Positions 53,160 to 64,000 of a stretch of 64,000 nt of DNA are shown here, piece by piece; position 1 is the stretch's first letter; every line of letters starts with the position of its first letter. The position numbers and the translations under genes were made by a program. Origin of the DNA: Callorhinchus milii (Eukaryota); assembly GCF_018977255.1 (NCBI RefSeq), contig NW_024704742.1, positions 114,144,001 through 114,208,000 of the forward strand, given 5' to 3'. The notes under the pieces were generated by a model. It had not been told where the DNA came from. It worked only from the letters and a program-made list of their open reading frames with translations, and made no database searches.

Positions 53160-53735
53160 CCCCTCCATGTTTTCATTCCGGCCAGGCTTGACCACACAAA
53201 CTCCCTGCTCGCTGGACTTCCCAACTCATGCTTCCACAAGCTGCATATTCAGAACTCCCCAGCTTGTGTCCTCTCCTGGGCTATGCTTTGTGAACTGATC
53301 ACCCCCACCCTCGCCCGGCTTTACTGGTTCCCCATCCCCCAGAGGATTGAATTCAAGATCCTTGTCGTCAGCTTTGAAGACCTCCAAGGTTTTGTACCAT
53401 TCCTATTTCTGCGACCTATTAAAACTTCATCAACCTATTCACTCTCTCCACTCTACAGGTTTTGGTCTACTCCACATCCCTGTCCTGCCTTCTCCACTAT
53501 TGGCAGTTGGGTCTTCAGCCTTTCTGCCACCACCCTCTGGTAACTCAATCCTGGAGCCCCTCGCCCCCTTCCCCCCTCTCCTTCAATGCCCATCTCAAGA
53601 TCTTCCTTTTCAACCAAGTCTTCGGTCATCTTACCTCCTCCCTTGCCCTCCACCCCTCTGTGATCCCATGCCACAGTTTGTGTGCAACCCCTTCATTGCC
53701 CAACACCTTGGGAAGTCGTTATATAAATGCAATTT
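53160..53735 (+). mobile_element. Old L2 LINE 3' fragment
   Basis: RLDHTNSLLAGLP...LYWFPIPQRIEFKILV. Confidence 0.85.
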
Positions 53736-54864
53736 TTTTTCAAAAAGACTGTTTGATCTTTCTCTTCCCAATCTGCATTCAAGTGGAAGCTAGACTTTCA
53801 CATGAGGGAGAGGGGAATAGAAGGGTACAGGAGGGAATAAGGAATGGGTGAAGAGTATGTGGAGTATAAATACTGACACGGACTGGTTGGGCCCTTGTGC
53901 CCGTGCTGTACATTCTTTATAATCTTTGTAAACTTTGTAAATTTAGTGTTGCCATGTACAGAATTACTTAATCTGAAAGAAAGTAACTAGTTCTGTTTTA
54001 TGACTGACCTGCTTATTCACAGGATACCAGAACACGACCACTATTAAGAGGAAGTATCAAAAAGATCACAAGAGAGGTTCAGATGAATAAAGCCCTTCGC
54101 TCCATTTGATCACATCTTTCGAGAATACCCAACCCTTGTGTCCTCCGCTTACAGTATCAAGCTGTTTTGTAAATGAGTCCAGCAACCTGGCCTCAAAATC
54201 ACCCTGGGTGATTACTCATTGTGAATTACTCTCTAAGTAACGAAATATTTCCCAGATGTCTCCTGAAACTACCATTTGCAAATTTGCAACTACACCTATG
54301 CCCTCTTGTTTTGGTGTCTCAATTGCATTGTTCTGGGTTTAATTTCTTAATCCCATCTAAAATCTTGCATACCTCTATACTTTCCCCTTTGAAATCTTTT
54401 TCAGGAAAGAAAAAACCTAACCTGTTTAATTGTCGCTTATATCCTCGCCAGGGCAGCCCCCTTGTGTCATAGAGATCAGAACTATACGCATTACTCCAGG
54501 TGTGACTTGTCTAAAGCACAGTACAATTTAAGTGTGGTGTCTGGGGATCTAACCTCAACTGATTTGGCGATATAGCACAGCATCCTGTTTGCATATTGTC
54601 AGACCCTGTCAAAAGCTTTGGAAATGTCCAAGGTATTGGCACTAAAAAGTACTCAAAAGAAGGTTTCCAGAAGTGTATAAGATTGGAAGGAAAATCATTA
54701 ATAGCGAAACAAATTATAATAGCATCATTGATAGATTGCCAAGGAATACAGAAACTACAGTTGTAAGAAAAATAGCTTGATATATTCATTTTTGAAAGAT
54801 AAACTAGAACAAACTTCTAAGGAGAGAAGATGGGGCTTGGGATGAGGAGAGTCTGGAGAGTTGG

Positions 54865-55228
54865 TAATAATAAGCCTATAATAATCCTTGCATTTGATAT
54901 AGTGCCTTATCAAGTTGTTGAGACGTCTCAAACTGCTTCGCAGAATACACTGCAAAGTGAATTTACCACATATTTTGTGGGCAAAACGCAGCAACCAATT
55001 GTGCACAGCACAGCAGTGTCCCACAAAGAGTCATGGATTGCGTGATCAAATTATTATTATTTTTCTGTAGCGATTATTACCCCCGGATTAGCGATCCGCA
55101 ATTGACTAAAAAATAGGTTCCTACTTACTGCTAGGTAAACAGTGGCGTGTGGAGTAAGGAACTTGCCTGAGGTCTGCCGGGAATTAAACCCTGAGGCAAG
55201 TTCTCTAAACACTACACTTCGGGACTCC
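54865..55228 (-). mobile_element. tRNA-SINE, long variant, diverged
   Basis: Reverse complement of the long variant. Confidence 0.8.
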
Positions 55229-57702
55229 GCCAAAGGACAGGAGCAAGTTTGGAGGCAGATTTCTTGAAGATAATATGAGTGATACTATCAGGTCAGGCAA
55301 TGTTATTTGATTCCAGAGAATGCAAAATCAAATAGACATGTTGAGGATAAAACCTGATGTCAGTCATGTTGGTAGACAGTATGAAGCAATGAAGGGAACA
55401 TTTTTGGCAAGGTCAATAAGAATAGTTAGAGGAGAAAGCTAGCAATTGAGCCATCAGGATGGAAAGGTGATGGAAAGGAGAATTCACAATAGTTTGACAA
55501 ACAGCTTTGGCAACAAACCAAAAGAAATGACTGCCTGATGCAAACGAAAAAAACACTTAGAATTTGTTTTCACTAAAATAATATTTAGAAGCTTTCAGTG
55601 AACTTGTGGGGTTTTAGAAGTTACTAGCAGAAATAAAGATAATAAAGACTGAGTAAGATTCATAAGTGATTGCAGAAAGTTTCCAACAAGCAGCAGAACA
55701 GCAGGCAGCATTGAACTGTGATGCAGTGCTTAAGATGACATTTGGGGAAAATTAAGTTGTAGAACGGTTCTTGCTAGTTAGGAAAATATTAGTTACATTA
55801 CTGTAACTAATAGAATGATAAGATATTTTTTTCTTTCCAGCCTCTTGTCAAGCGAGGGATCACCCTACCCATTAGGGCTTTGGCTTGCAGGAACAAGAGC
55901 TGAGTGGGATGTCTCCCTGCCCCCAATGACTGGTTTGCCCTTCCAGGTCCTGTGATCTCATCACCAGGGCCCTGGAATACTGCGGACCCGCCTGGCTCAG
56001 GAACCGGACCACCAAGACCACCACAGAGGGTTGGTTTGATTCCAACATTCTGTTGCTAAGCATGTTATCTGAAGCCAGTTCAGCTCCAAGGAGACCCTGC
56101 TTACCTCTCAGCAACCCCCAAGAAGGATAGATAAGATGAGTGGAAGCAGCATCCAGATCAGAGAAGGCAGCAGCGAACTCCCCAATTGGGTGTTGTTGAT
56201 TGAAGAATATTTTGCAAAAATCTACCTGAGAGTAAGGAGCAAAAATTCTTCTAATCTCTCCCTTTGTTTTTTGGTAATGACCTTAAATTTACATAGGTGG
56301 GAAATGGATACGTATAGAAGAAGAGATTGAAGGTGAGAAAGAGTTTAGCTGTGTGCAAACCTGGCTGCTATATTTCATCCACAGAATACACTAATCCACT
56401 TTACAGTATATTCTGTGAAGCGCTTTGAAACGTCTCTAAGACGTGAAAAGCGCTATATCAAATGCAAGGATTATTACTATTACTATTTTTAATATAAGGC
56501 AACTTATCAAATGAAAAGATTATGATAATTATTGATAATTAAGGAAACATCTATATTTACCAGAGGTCAGCAGGTGATTCAGAGAGCTAAGGTGAACATA
56601 AGGTATCTCGAGTGAAAGTAAGTACTACAGTTTGTGAAATGAAAGTTTTAGTAGGTAGAAAAAGTGAGATGGAAACTGGAAAGAATGAAACTTGGGTTTG
56701 GAGGACAAGATGACGGGATAAGAGTAGCTGAAATCAGAAGTAGAACAAATGTCACAATTTTTACAGAAAGTAAGGAAAATGGAAAAATAAAGCAGAGACA
56801 GGTTTTATTTTAGTTTAGTTTTGGACAGTACTTGTGTGTTGTTCATGATAGGAATTCTGGTGAGTTGAGATGAAATGGGCTGAAATTCTCTTATGATCTT
56901 ATGATTTCTACCACAGAGAAGAAAAGGTAAGGACAAATACTCCTGAATTATGAAAGGATGCAAGCAGGATTCACATAACTTGGCATGTGTTCTATAAGAG
57001 GCCTCAGTTATGCCTGGGCCAATAGAAAAGTGTGGAATTATTTGCCAAAAATTGCCAGGCATTCGGCAAATTTTACAGAAAATTTGGTACATTTGGTAGA
57101 GAACTCCCACAGGAGCAGAGTCGAGTAAACAGCGAGCGAGGCCTGGGGCTCAGCTCACTGTGTGTATAGGTGTGTGGCAGAGGGGGTTTTGTAGTGCATT
57201 TGTAGCGGAGGAGGGCGTTTGTAGCGGATTCCGAGGTAAAAGTGCGGCTGCACTTTTGTATTGGCCAAAGTTATGCCCCAGACATAACAGCACAGTAAAA
57301 GCGATCTGGTCGCAAAATAGCTTTACGGTTCAAGTCCCACTTTACCTGCTGTTAAAGCAGCATCCCAAATTCGAGTCAATCAAATCAAGCCCCTAACAAT
57401 CCTGTTGCAAGCTATTGAATTGTGTTTGTTCAAAGAAGAGCTGTCTCACAACACCTCGAGCTGTACCAAGCCAAAGAGAGGAAATTAAAACAGAAGAGAT
57501 CTGATGCAAAGCAAAGGGAGATCTGTCCCTTCTCTAGAGAGAAAACATGTTACCATCAATGTTGCAACTAGTTTGTCAGATATTTCATCCCTAGAGCCCT
57601 GTTTTGATTTTCTGTCACACGTAAGTGGTTTGATCTAGTGCCCAATCCCAACAAGCTGATTACACAGGAATACAATGGCATTTAGGAACAGGAGAAGCCC
57701 AT

Positions 57703-58165
57703 TGTGGAGTCCTGTAGCAAATGTGCAGTCCTGTACCATATTGGGTAGAGCACTCACCTCACATGGGTTTGATTTCCGGGCAGGGCGAACCCTTAGGCAA
57801 GTTTCTTTACTCCACAGGCCTCTGTTTACCTATCAGTAAAGAGGAACCCAGTTGTTAGTTGATTGGTGGATCGCTTTTCAACAAGACTAAAATCAACAAC
57901 AAGATTACATTTGCATAGTTCCTTTCACGTCGGGAGGACGTCCCAAGGCGTTTTTCGGGTAATAATTCATTTTTTTTAAAAATGTAGTCATTCAATCCAC
58001 GACTGTTTGTGGAACACTGTAGTGGGCAATTGGCTGCCGGATTTCACCCACAAAATACACAGTAAATTCACTTTACAGTATTTTTATGAAGCACTTTCAG
58101 GGGTCAGAACAACGTGATAAGGAGCTATATCAAATGCACAGATTATTATAATTATTATTATTATT
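57703..58165 (+). mobile_element. tRNA-SINE, long variant, interrupted by a short antisense L2 tail (about 57880-57950)
   Basis: SINE body breaks at cgcttttc and resumes at tttttcgggtaataat. Confidence 0.8.
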
Positions 58166-59074
58166 GAGCCCTCTCCACCACAGACCCTTCCATGGTATTA
58201 TGCACTGCTACCAATTATAATCCCAATTGCCTGCCTTTTCTTTACTTCATTTAATTTCTACTTTCCAAATATCTATCCATACTCTTTCTTGAATTTTTCA
58301 ATTATTTTCTCAACTATGAGTTTCTGGGCAGTGCATTCAATCTATGAAGCAATTCGTCTTTGCTGTATTAATGAACCATTTTGCCTTAATTTAGGGTCTT
58401 GTACTTTAATAACTGATCAGCGCATTAAGGGAAAATGCCACTCCATGTTTATTTTGTCAAATCCCATCATAGTGCTGAACACTTTATTGGGGTATACTCT
58501 CTGCTTGTCGTTAAATTAAACCAGTTTGGTCATGTGCTTTCATATTGGGATTAAATACAAAGTGTTAAACTGGTTAAACTCCAGCAGAACCCCAATGTAC
58601 ATTATGCAGTCCTAAAGCCTTAGATTTTGGCAACTTGCCCCTGATAATTTTCTGGAATTAGATAATCAGATGTGTCCCTCTGGGGAGACACTGCACACAC
58701 AGGGGCATTTACATGTGTAAGTGGCACATGTATTTGGAATTCAGTGCGGTTTGGAAATCTTAAACGTGGTGATGGGTTTCCACATGTGTCAGACGACCAG
58801 CCATCCAAAAAATAACGCAGTGTTTTATCAGACATCCTTCACTAACACAAGTGAGTTTTGCGTCTCTAAAAGTGGAGTTGGGACCTATTCACTGTTGGTG
58901 TTCTTCCAATTATAACCTTGCCAGGGACTGACAGCACAATGTTCTTCTCCCAGAAGAGGAATTCTGATATGGAGTAGATCAACCTTACCAATGAATCCAG
59001 GGGAATGAGAAGAACACTTTCAGAGTGTTCAACCTATTGTTCATTCACAGTTACAGGTGGAAAAAAATACAATA

Positions 59075-59348
59075 CAAAATAACATTTCCAAAGCGCCTTT
59101 CACGTTGGGAGGATGTCTCAAGGCGCGGAACAGTCAGGGATTAGGACGCGAGATGGGGCGGGGTAGGGGTGTTGGGATCTGGAAGGGTGGAGGGCAGAGA
59201 GGGCAGGAGGGTAGCCACAGGCATGGTTGAAGAGGAGGGTCTTCAGGCATGCCTTGAAGGAGACAGGAGAATGTGGGATGGAGTTCCAGAGGGTGGAGGC
59301 AGAGAGGCTGAAGGCCCGACCACCAATGGTGGGACATGCAGCAGGCCA
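59075..59348 (-). mobile_element. L2 LINE 3' fragment
   Basis: Reverse complement of the tail hairpin and C-terminal coding region. Confidence 0.8.
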
Positions 59349-59400
59349 GACCTGATACTTCAGTTATCAGGAGAGGCTAGAGAAGCTAGGATTATTCTCA

Positions 59401-59723
59401 TTAATAATAATAATGATAATCCTTGCATTTGATATAGCGCTTTTCACGTCGGGAGGACGTCCCAAAGTGCATCACAGAACAAACTGTAAAGTGAAATGAC
59501 TGTATATTTGTGGGCGAACGCGGCAGCCAATTGCGTACAGCAATGTCCCACAAACAGTCGTAGATTGAAAATGACCAATTTATTATTGTTTTTTGTTTTG
59601 GAGGGATTATTATTAGGCATGTGGAGTAAGGAAACTTGCCCAAGGTTTCGCCCTGCCTGGAATTGAACTCAGGTCTCTCGCTTGCAAAGCGAGTGCTCTA
59701 ACCACTGAGCTACAGGACTCCAC
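59401..59723 (-). mobile_element. tRNA-SINE, short variant
   Basis: Full-length reverse complement of 61812-62137. Confidence 0.92.
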
Positions 59724-59825
59724 AAGAGAAGGAGCGAGGTGAAGAGAATGTGGGATGGAATTCCAGAGGGTGGAGGCAGAGAGGCTGAAGGCCCGACCAC
59801 CAATGGTGGGACATGCAGCAGGCCA

Positions 59826-60232
59826 ATGGAGCAGAGAAGGTTAAGAGGAGACTTCAAGGAAGTTTTCAAAATTATGAGGGGATTCGATAAGGTGAACAAG
59901 GAGAAACTATTTCCACTGGCGGGTGGGTCGGTAACCCAAAGACACCAATTTAAAATAGTTGTTAAAAGAAACAGAGGGGAGGTGAGGAGAAATGTTTTCA
60001 CACAGCAAGTTGTTCGCATCTGGAATGCATTGCCTGAAAGGTTGGTGGAAAGCGATTCGATAACAACTTTTAAGAGAGAATAGATCATTATTTGGGGAGG
60101 ACAAGTTTGCAGGGTTATGGGGAGAGAGTGGGGAAGTGGGATTGATTTGGATAGCTCTTTTCAAAGAGCCAGCACAGACACGATGGGCCGAATGGCCTCC
60201 TTCTAAGCTGTATAATTCTATGATTCTATGAT
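59826..60232 (+). mobile_element. CR1 LINE 3' fragment
   Basis: EQRRLRGDFKEVFKIMRGFDKV...RIWNALPERLVE; tail attctatgattctatga. Confidence 0.9.
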
Positions 60233-61788
60233 AAAATCCTTGACTGTGCCCACATACATTTGCCCACAAAATACACTGCACTTTACAGTATATCCTGTGA
60301 AGCACTTTGGGACATCAATGTCCTCCCAATGCAAATGTAAGAGTAATAATTATTATTTTTTCCAGGCCACAATCCAACACCCCAGCCTCTGGAGAAGACA
60401 ATAAAAAGTAGAACTCAATTGTCCATTGTGTATCCGAACAAAACATGCAGTCTTGTCGTATAACTAGACTGTAAATTTCGATTGGCTTGAAGACACGAAA
60501 TAAAAAGAGTTTGAGTTAGGAGCAAAGCAGAGAGGATTAAACAAGATGAATGTATGAACATCTGCAATGGCATGTAATCCTCTTACACTGAACCATATTC
60601 TTTTTCAGAAATGGGGTCACATTGAAAACCACATGAGGACTATTTACAGGGTGCCGGTGAGATTACTGACCCATCAGCCCCAGGGAGTAAAATAGTGCCA
60701 TCTGTACAGTAGTTTCTACTCAGACCCACTAGGTTCAATACCGGTGTGTGTGTATTTTAAGATGGGAGTGATAAGTGCCTCCTGCTCCTGATTGTCTTCA
60801 TTTAGTTCCAAAGCAGGTTGCAACCACTTAGAACCAAACGCTGACTACTCCAAACATTGCAATTGTTCATTTAACATTTAAATGCCTTTCTGTGAAAATA
60901 TCTAGTCTAGTCCTCAACAAGGCAGGACAAGAGCAAGCAACCATGTAGGACTCTAGGAAGTCACCACCCTCAGTGATGTAAATGATAAAGAGATTGTCCT
61001 CTTTTAAACTCTCGCTGTCTGGGTTGAAAATATTTACCCACCAGCACATAAAATGTGATCACTCACCAAGGTTGGTAATTTCTAGTCAAATTACGAGTGA
61101 CTGGAGAATCCCTCTTTCTTCAGCAAGACGTTTCTGCATAGCTGAGGATTTACAGTAAATCCCACACAAGGCATTTGGCAGAGGGGTGAAAGAGGGAGTT
61201 TCAGAGATTAGTGAGCCAAATGTAAGAAACTCCCAGATTCTTGTCAGCGATAAATATTTTTTTTTCCAGGCATCTTCTCTCTCTGAAACATCGTGATTTG
61301 TACAGAGATCCAGTTGCACAGGTACCAGTAACTGTCCAGCACCTTCTTCAAGTGACCATGGACCAGATATCAAATGTGGGGCCTTTCAGGTGTGGCTGGA
61401 CCAGTACCACAATGTGCTGTGTTTTTAAAAGAGCGATAGAAGATGTTATCAAAAAAGCAAGTCCATAACAATACTATTAGATACACCAAGGCAGGAAGAC
61501 AGGAGGGAAATTGGAGGTTCAGGGATTTGATGGTCAGTTTTGAGGCAGATGCCATGAAGTTCTTCTTTAACACACATTAAAATTAACAACTGGTAGGGGT
61601 TACCAGGAAGGGCAGAAGAGGTCGAATACTAGACTCATTAACATTTTTTTTGATATTTTAATGAGAAGACAGTAGTGTGGGTATTCTGGAAAGATTAGAT
61701 CAAATGGCCAAAGAGGATTATTTGCAATCTTGTCATTTTGTTAACCTGTATATATCTGATTTAGGTGTGATAAGCCAATATCTTGTCA

Positions 61789-62137
61789 TGGAGTGTTGTG
61801 GAGTCTTGTTGTGGAGTCCTGTAGCTCAGTGGTTAGAGCACTCGCTTTGCAAGTGAGAGACCTGAGTTCAATTCCAGACAGGGCGAAACCTTGGGCAAGT
61901 TTCCTTACTCCACACGCCTAATAATAATCCCTCCAAAATCCAAAAACAATAATAAATTGGTCATTTTCAATCTACGACTGTTTGTGGGACATTGCTGTGC
62001 GCAATTGGCTGCCGCGTTCGCCCACAAATATACAGTCAATTCACTTTACAGTCTATTCTGTGAAGCGCTTTGGGACGTCCTCCCGACGTGAAAAGCGCTA
62101 TATCAAATGCAAGGATTATTATTATTATTATTATTAT
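61789..62137 (+). mobile_element. tRNA(Ala)-derived SINE, short variant, stuttered 5' end
   Basis: A box TAGCTCAGTGG, anticodon arm CTCGC-TTTGCAA-GTGAG (TGC), B box GAGTTCAATTCC, hairpin tail, (TTA)n. Confidence 0.93.
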
Positions 62138-62230
62138 GGAGGTTCAGGTCTGAGTGTTACCTCTTTGCACTGAAGGTAGCACAGAGTGAACCGCAGTATT
62201 GTGGGAAGACACAGAATGAGAGAGGTCACT

Positions 62231-62751
62231 GTCCCGCACCAGGCTTCGGGAACACATCACTCCCACCCTCGCTCGCCTCCACTGGCTCCCCATCCCCCAG
62301 AGGATCGAATTCAAGATCCTCACCCTCACCTACAAGGCCATTCACGGCCTTGCTCCCTCCTACCTCTCCGACCTACTATCCCCCTACTTACCTGCCCGTA
62401 CCCTCCGTTCCTCTGGCTCCGGTCTGCTCCACATCCCCCGCCCCAACCGCCCTACCATCGGTAGCCGGGCCTTCAGCCTCTCAGCTCCTAGGCTCTGGAA
62501 CTCTATCCCCCAGTGCCTTCGCCGCCTCCTCCCTTTCCTCCTTCAAGGCCGGTCTCAAGACCTTTCTCTTTGACCGTGCCCTTCAGCTCCCCTCTCGACT
62601 CTCTACCCCCTCCTCGCTCCCTCCCTTCCCTCCCCTCACCCTGACCATTTCCCCCCTGCTCGGGTCCTGACCCAACTGTACAGCGCCTTGGGACGTCCTC
62701 CCGACGTGAAAGGCGCTCAATAAATGGAATCTTGTTGTTGTTGTTGTTGTT
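62231..62751 (+). mobile_element. Young L2 LINE 3' fragment
   Basis: Closely similar to 16560-17047, with intact tail hairpin and (TTG)n. Confidence 0.92.
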
Positions 62752-63340
62752 TCCAAATCCAAGTTGAGTGCCAAGTAGAAGGTGGTCCTGATTTGGAACC
62801 AGTCACTTCCTGATTAGATTTTAAAAACTTTTGTTTTTATTTATTTTAAGTTAGTTGCAGGGCAGTTTGTCATAATACAACCTTAGGAGGAATCAGCCAA
62901 AATGTCCCATTTAATTACAACAGCACCATCATTGCATCACTGTAATAATGGCACAGGTTTGGCAAACCGCCTACCTCACAGTAACACTGAAGTGTAAATG
63001 GGTTTCAATACAGAAAGCAAGTGAAGCGTACTGGCTTACAGAAGATCTCCTCAGGTCACTTATAAATATGAATAGCCTAGAAGACACCATTGGTGTTGGG
63101 ATGTCTGTTTATCCCAGTTTTTAAATTCATTCTGAAATATGTGGCACATCGCAGACCTTTAAGCAATAATTAATTGCAGTTGTCATTTTTGCTTTTTTAA
63201 TGGAGTTAATTATCACCTTTCCGGGCTGTAGAATTATCACCAACTTCCACTGATTAATAACAAATGTAGGGTTCCTTACAAGAATTTGCTGAAGCACATG
63301 TGCACCTAAACTGCTCTGTGAAATCTAAGTCTTCTCATTA

Positions 63341-63346
63341 TTTATT
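63341..63346 (-). terminator. Candidate ACOT12 polyadenylation signal
   Basis: AATAAA on the - strand about 220 nt past the stop. Confidence 0.5.
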
Positions 63347-63563
63347 TCACTGGAACTCCTATTTAATGCATTAGCATCCTTGGCAGAAATGTATAAAAGC
63401 ATATATTTCCATAACTTGAAAATCTTTCACAGTACATAAATTTTGTTGAAATCCTGTTATTTGTCGGTTACCAGTACCTGCAATACATCTGCCAGCCAAT
63501 ATTTTACAGTATTGACCATATAAAGCCTGTAGGAACCTCTAAAGTAGCATTCTTGATCTTTTA

Positions 63564-63707
63564 TCAAAAAGCAGCATTGCGACATTCGACATGTTCCAGA
63601 AAACTGGTGCATGAAGAGGCCGTTTGTTCTATTGATTCAGACCAGGCAACGAGATTTCCAGCCACATGTGGCACCACTCCAGACATCACCTGGTTATAGT
63701 AAGACAC
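63564..63707 (-). CDS. ACOT12: Acyl-CoA thioesterase 12 (START domain C-terminus), last coding exon; rest of the gene lies beyond the window
   Basis: tttactag|VSYYNQVMSGVVPHVAGNLVAWSESIEQTASSCTSFLEHVECRNAAF*; resembles the ACOT12 C-terminus as I recall it (AGNLxxWSxSIExTAxSC); convergent with ZCCHC9 as in human. Confidence 0.88.
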   Translation of the reverse strand: MSYYNQVMSGVVPHVAGNLVAWSESIEQTASSCTSFLEHVECRNAAF

Positions 63708-64000
63708 CTAGTAAATCAGAGCAGAGAAAGGAAAGATTTGAGTGAGAAATTCAATTGTAATTGTACCTAATGCAGCACAGAGTCGAGAACTTCCCCACTC
63801 AGTCTCAGCAGTTTCCTTGCACTAACAAAACCTCTTCCACCAGGTTTTATGCATTATACAGAAATGTAAATGACTTCAAGGTGGTTAATTATGTCCAGGC
63901 TAACACATGGTTTTAGTTATGCAACTGCAACATTTGAACAATGGATCTAGAAAGTAGGAGGAGCGGAGAGATGGCGAAGGGGAAACACATAACTTTGCTT

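Noticed and set aside
61812..61885. Possible tRNA-Ala gene
   Set aside because: No acceptor-stem pairing, and it runs into a SINE body repeated many times in the window
30889..62173. Recurrent short ORFs (MGKFPYST..., MWDIAVRNW..., ...KCKDYYYY) resembling a gene family or array
   Set aside because: All are translations of dispersed SINE copies, irregularly spaced and in both orientations; not a CRISPR-like array

Overview
Eukaryotic genomic DNA from a vertebrate, most likely a cartilaginous fish and possibly a chimaera. That assignment is inferred from the repeat content: shark-type CR1 tails, Deu-domain SINEs, abundant L2 LINEs and a Penelope-like fragment. The window holds one complete spliced gene, ZCCHC9, on the + strand: a putative CpG-rich promoter/non-coding exon 1 near 27.0-27.2 kb and five coding exons from 33537 to 49739 that splice in frame to 278 aa with four CCHC zinc knuckles. 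The last coding exon of ACOT12 lies on the - strand (63564-63707), convergent with ZCCHC9 as in human. Nearly all other ORFs in the track are retroelement debris or low-complexity artefacts. No prokaryote-type system (CRISPR, operon etc.) is present, and I found no new protein-coding system. The most notable signals are in mobile DNA: an L2 LINE with twin-priming-type 5' inversion architecture (8536-11283), a minimal hammerhead-ribozyme motif in a Penelope-like element (30178-30213), a modular tRNA-Ala SINE family whose 3' hairpin covaries with its L2 partner and whose 5' ends are stuttered in three copies, a TA-flanked MITE, two dispersed repeat families I cannot classify, and several local duplications. 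All family names are from memory of consensus sequences, not database searches.
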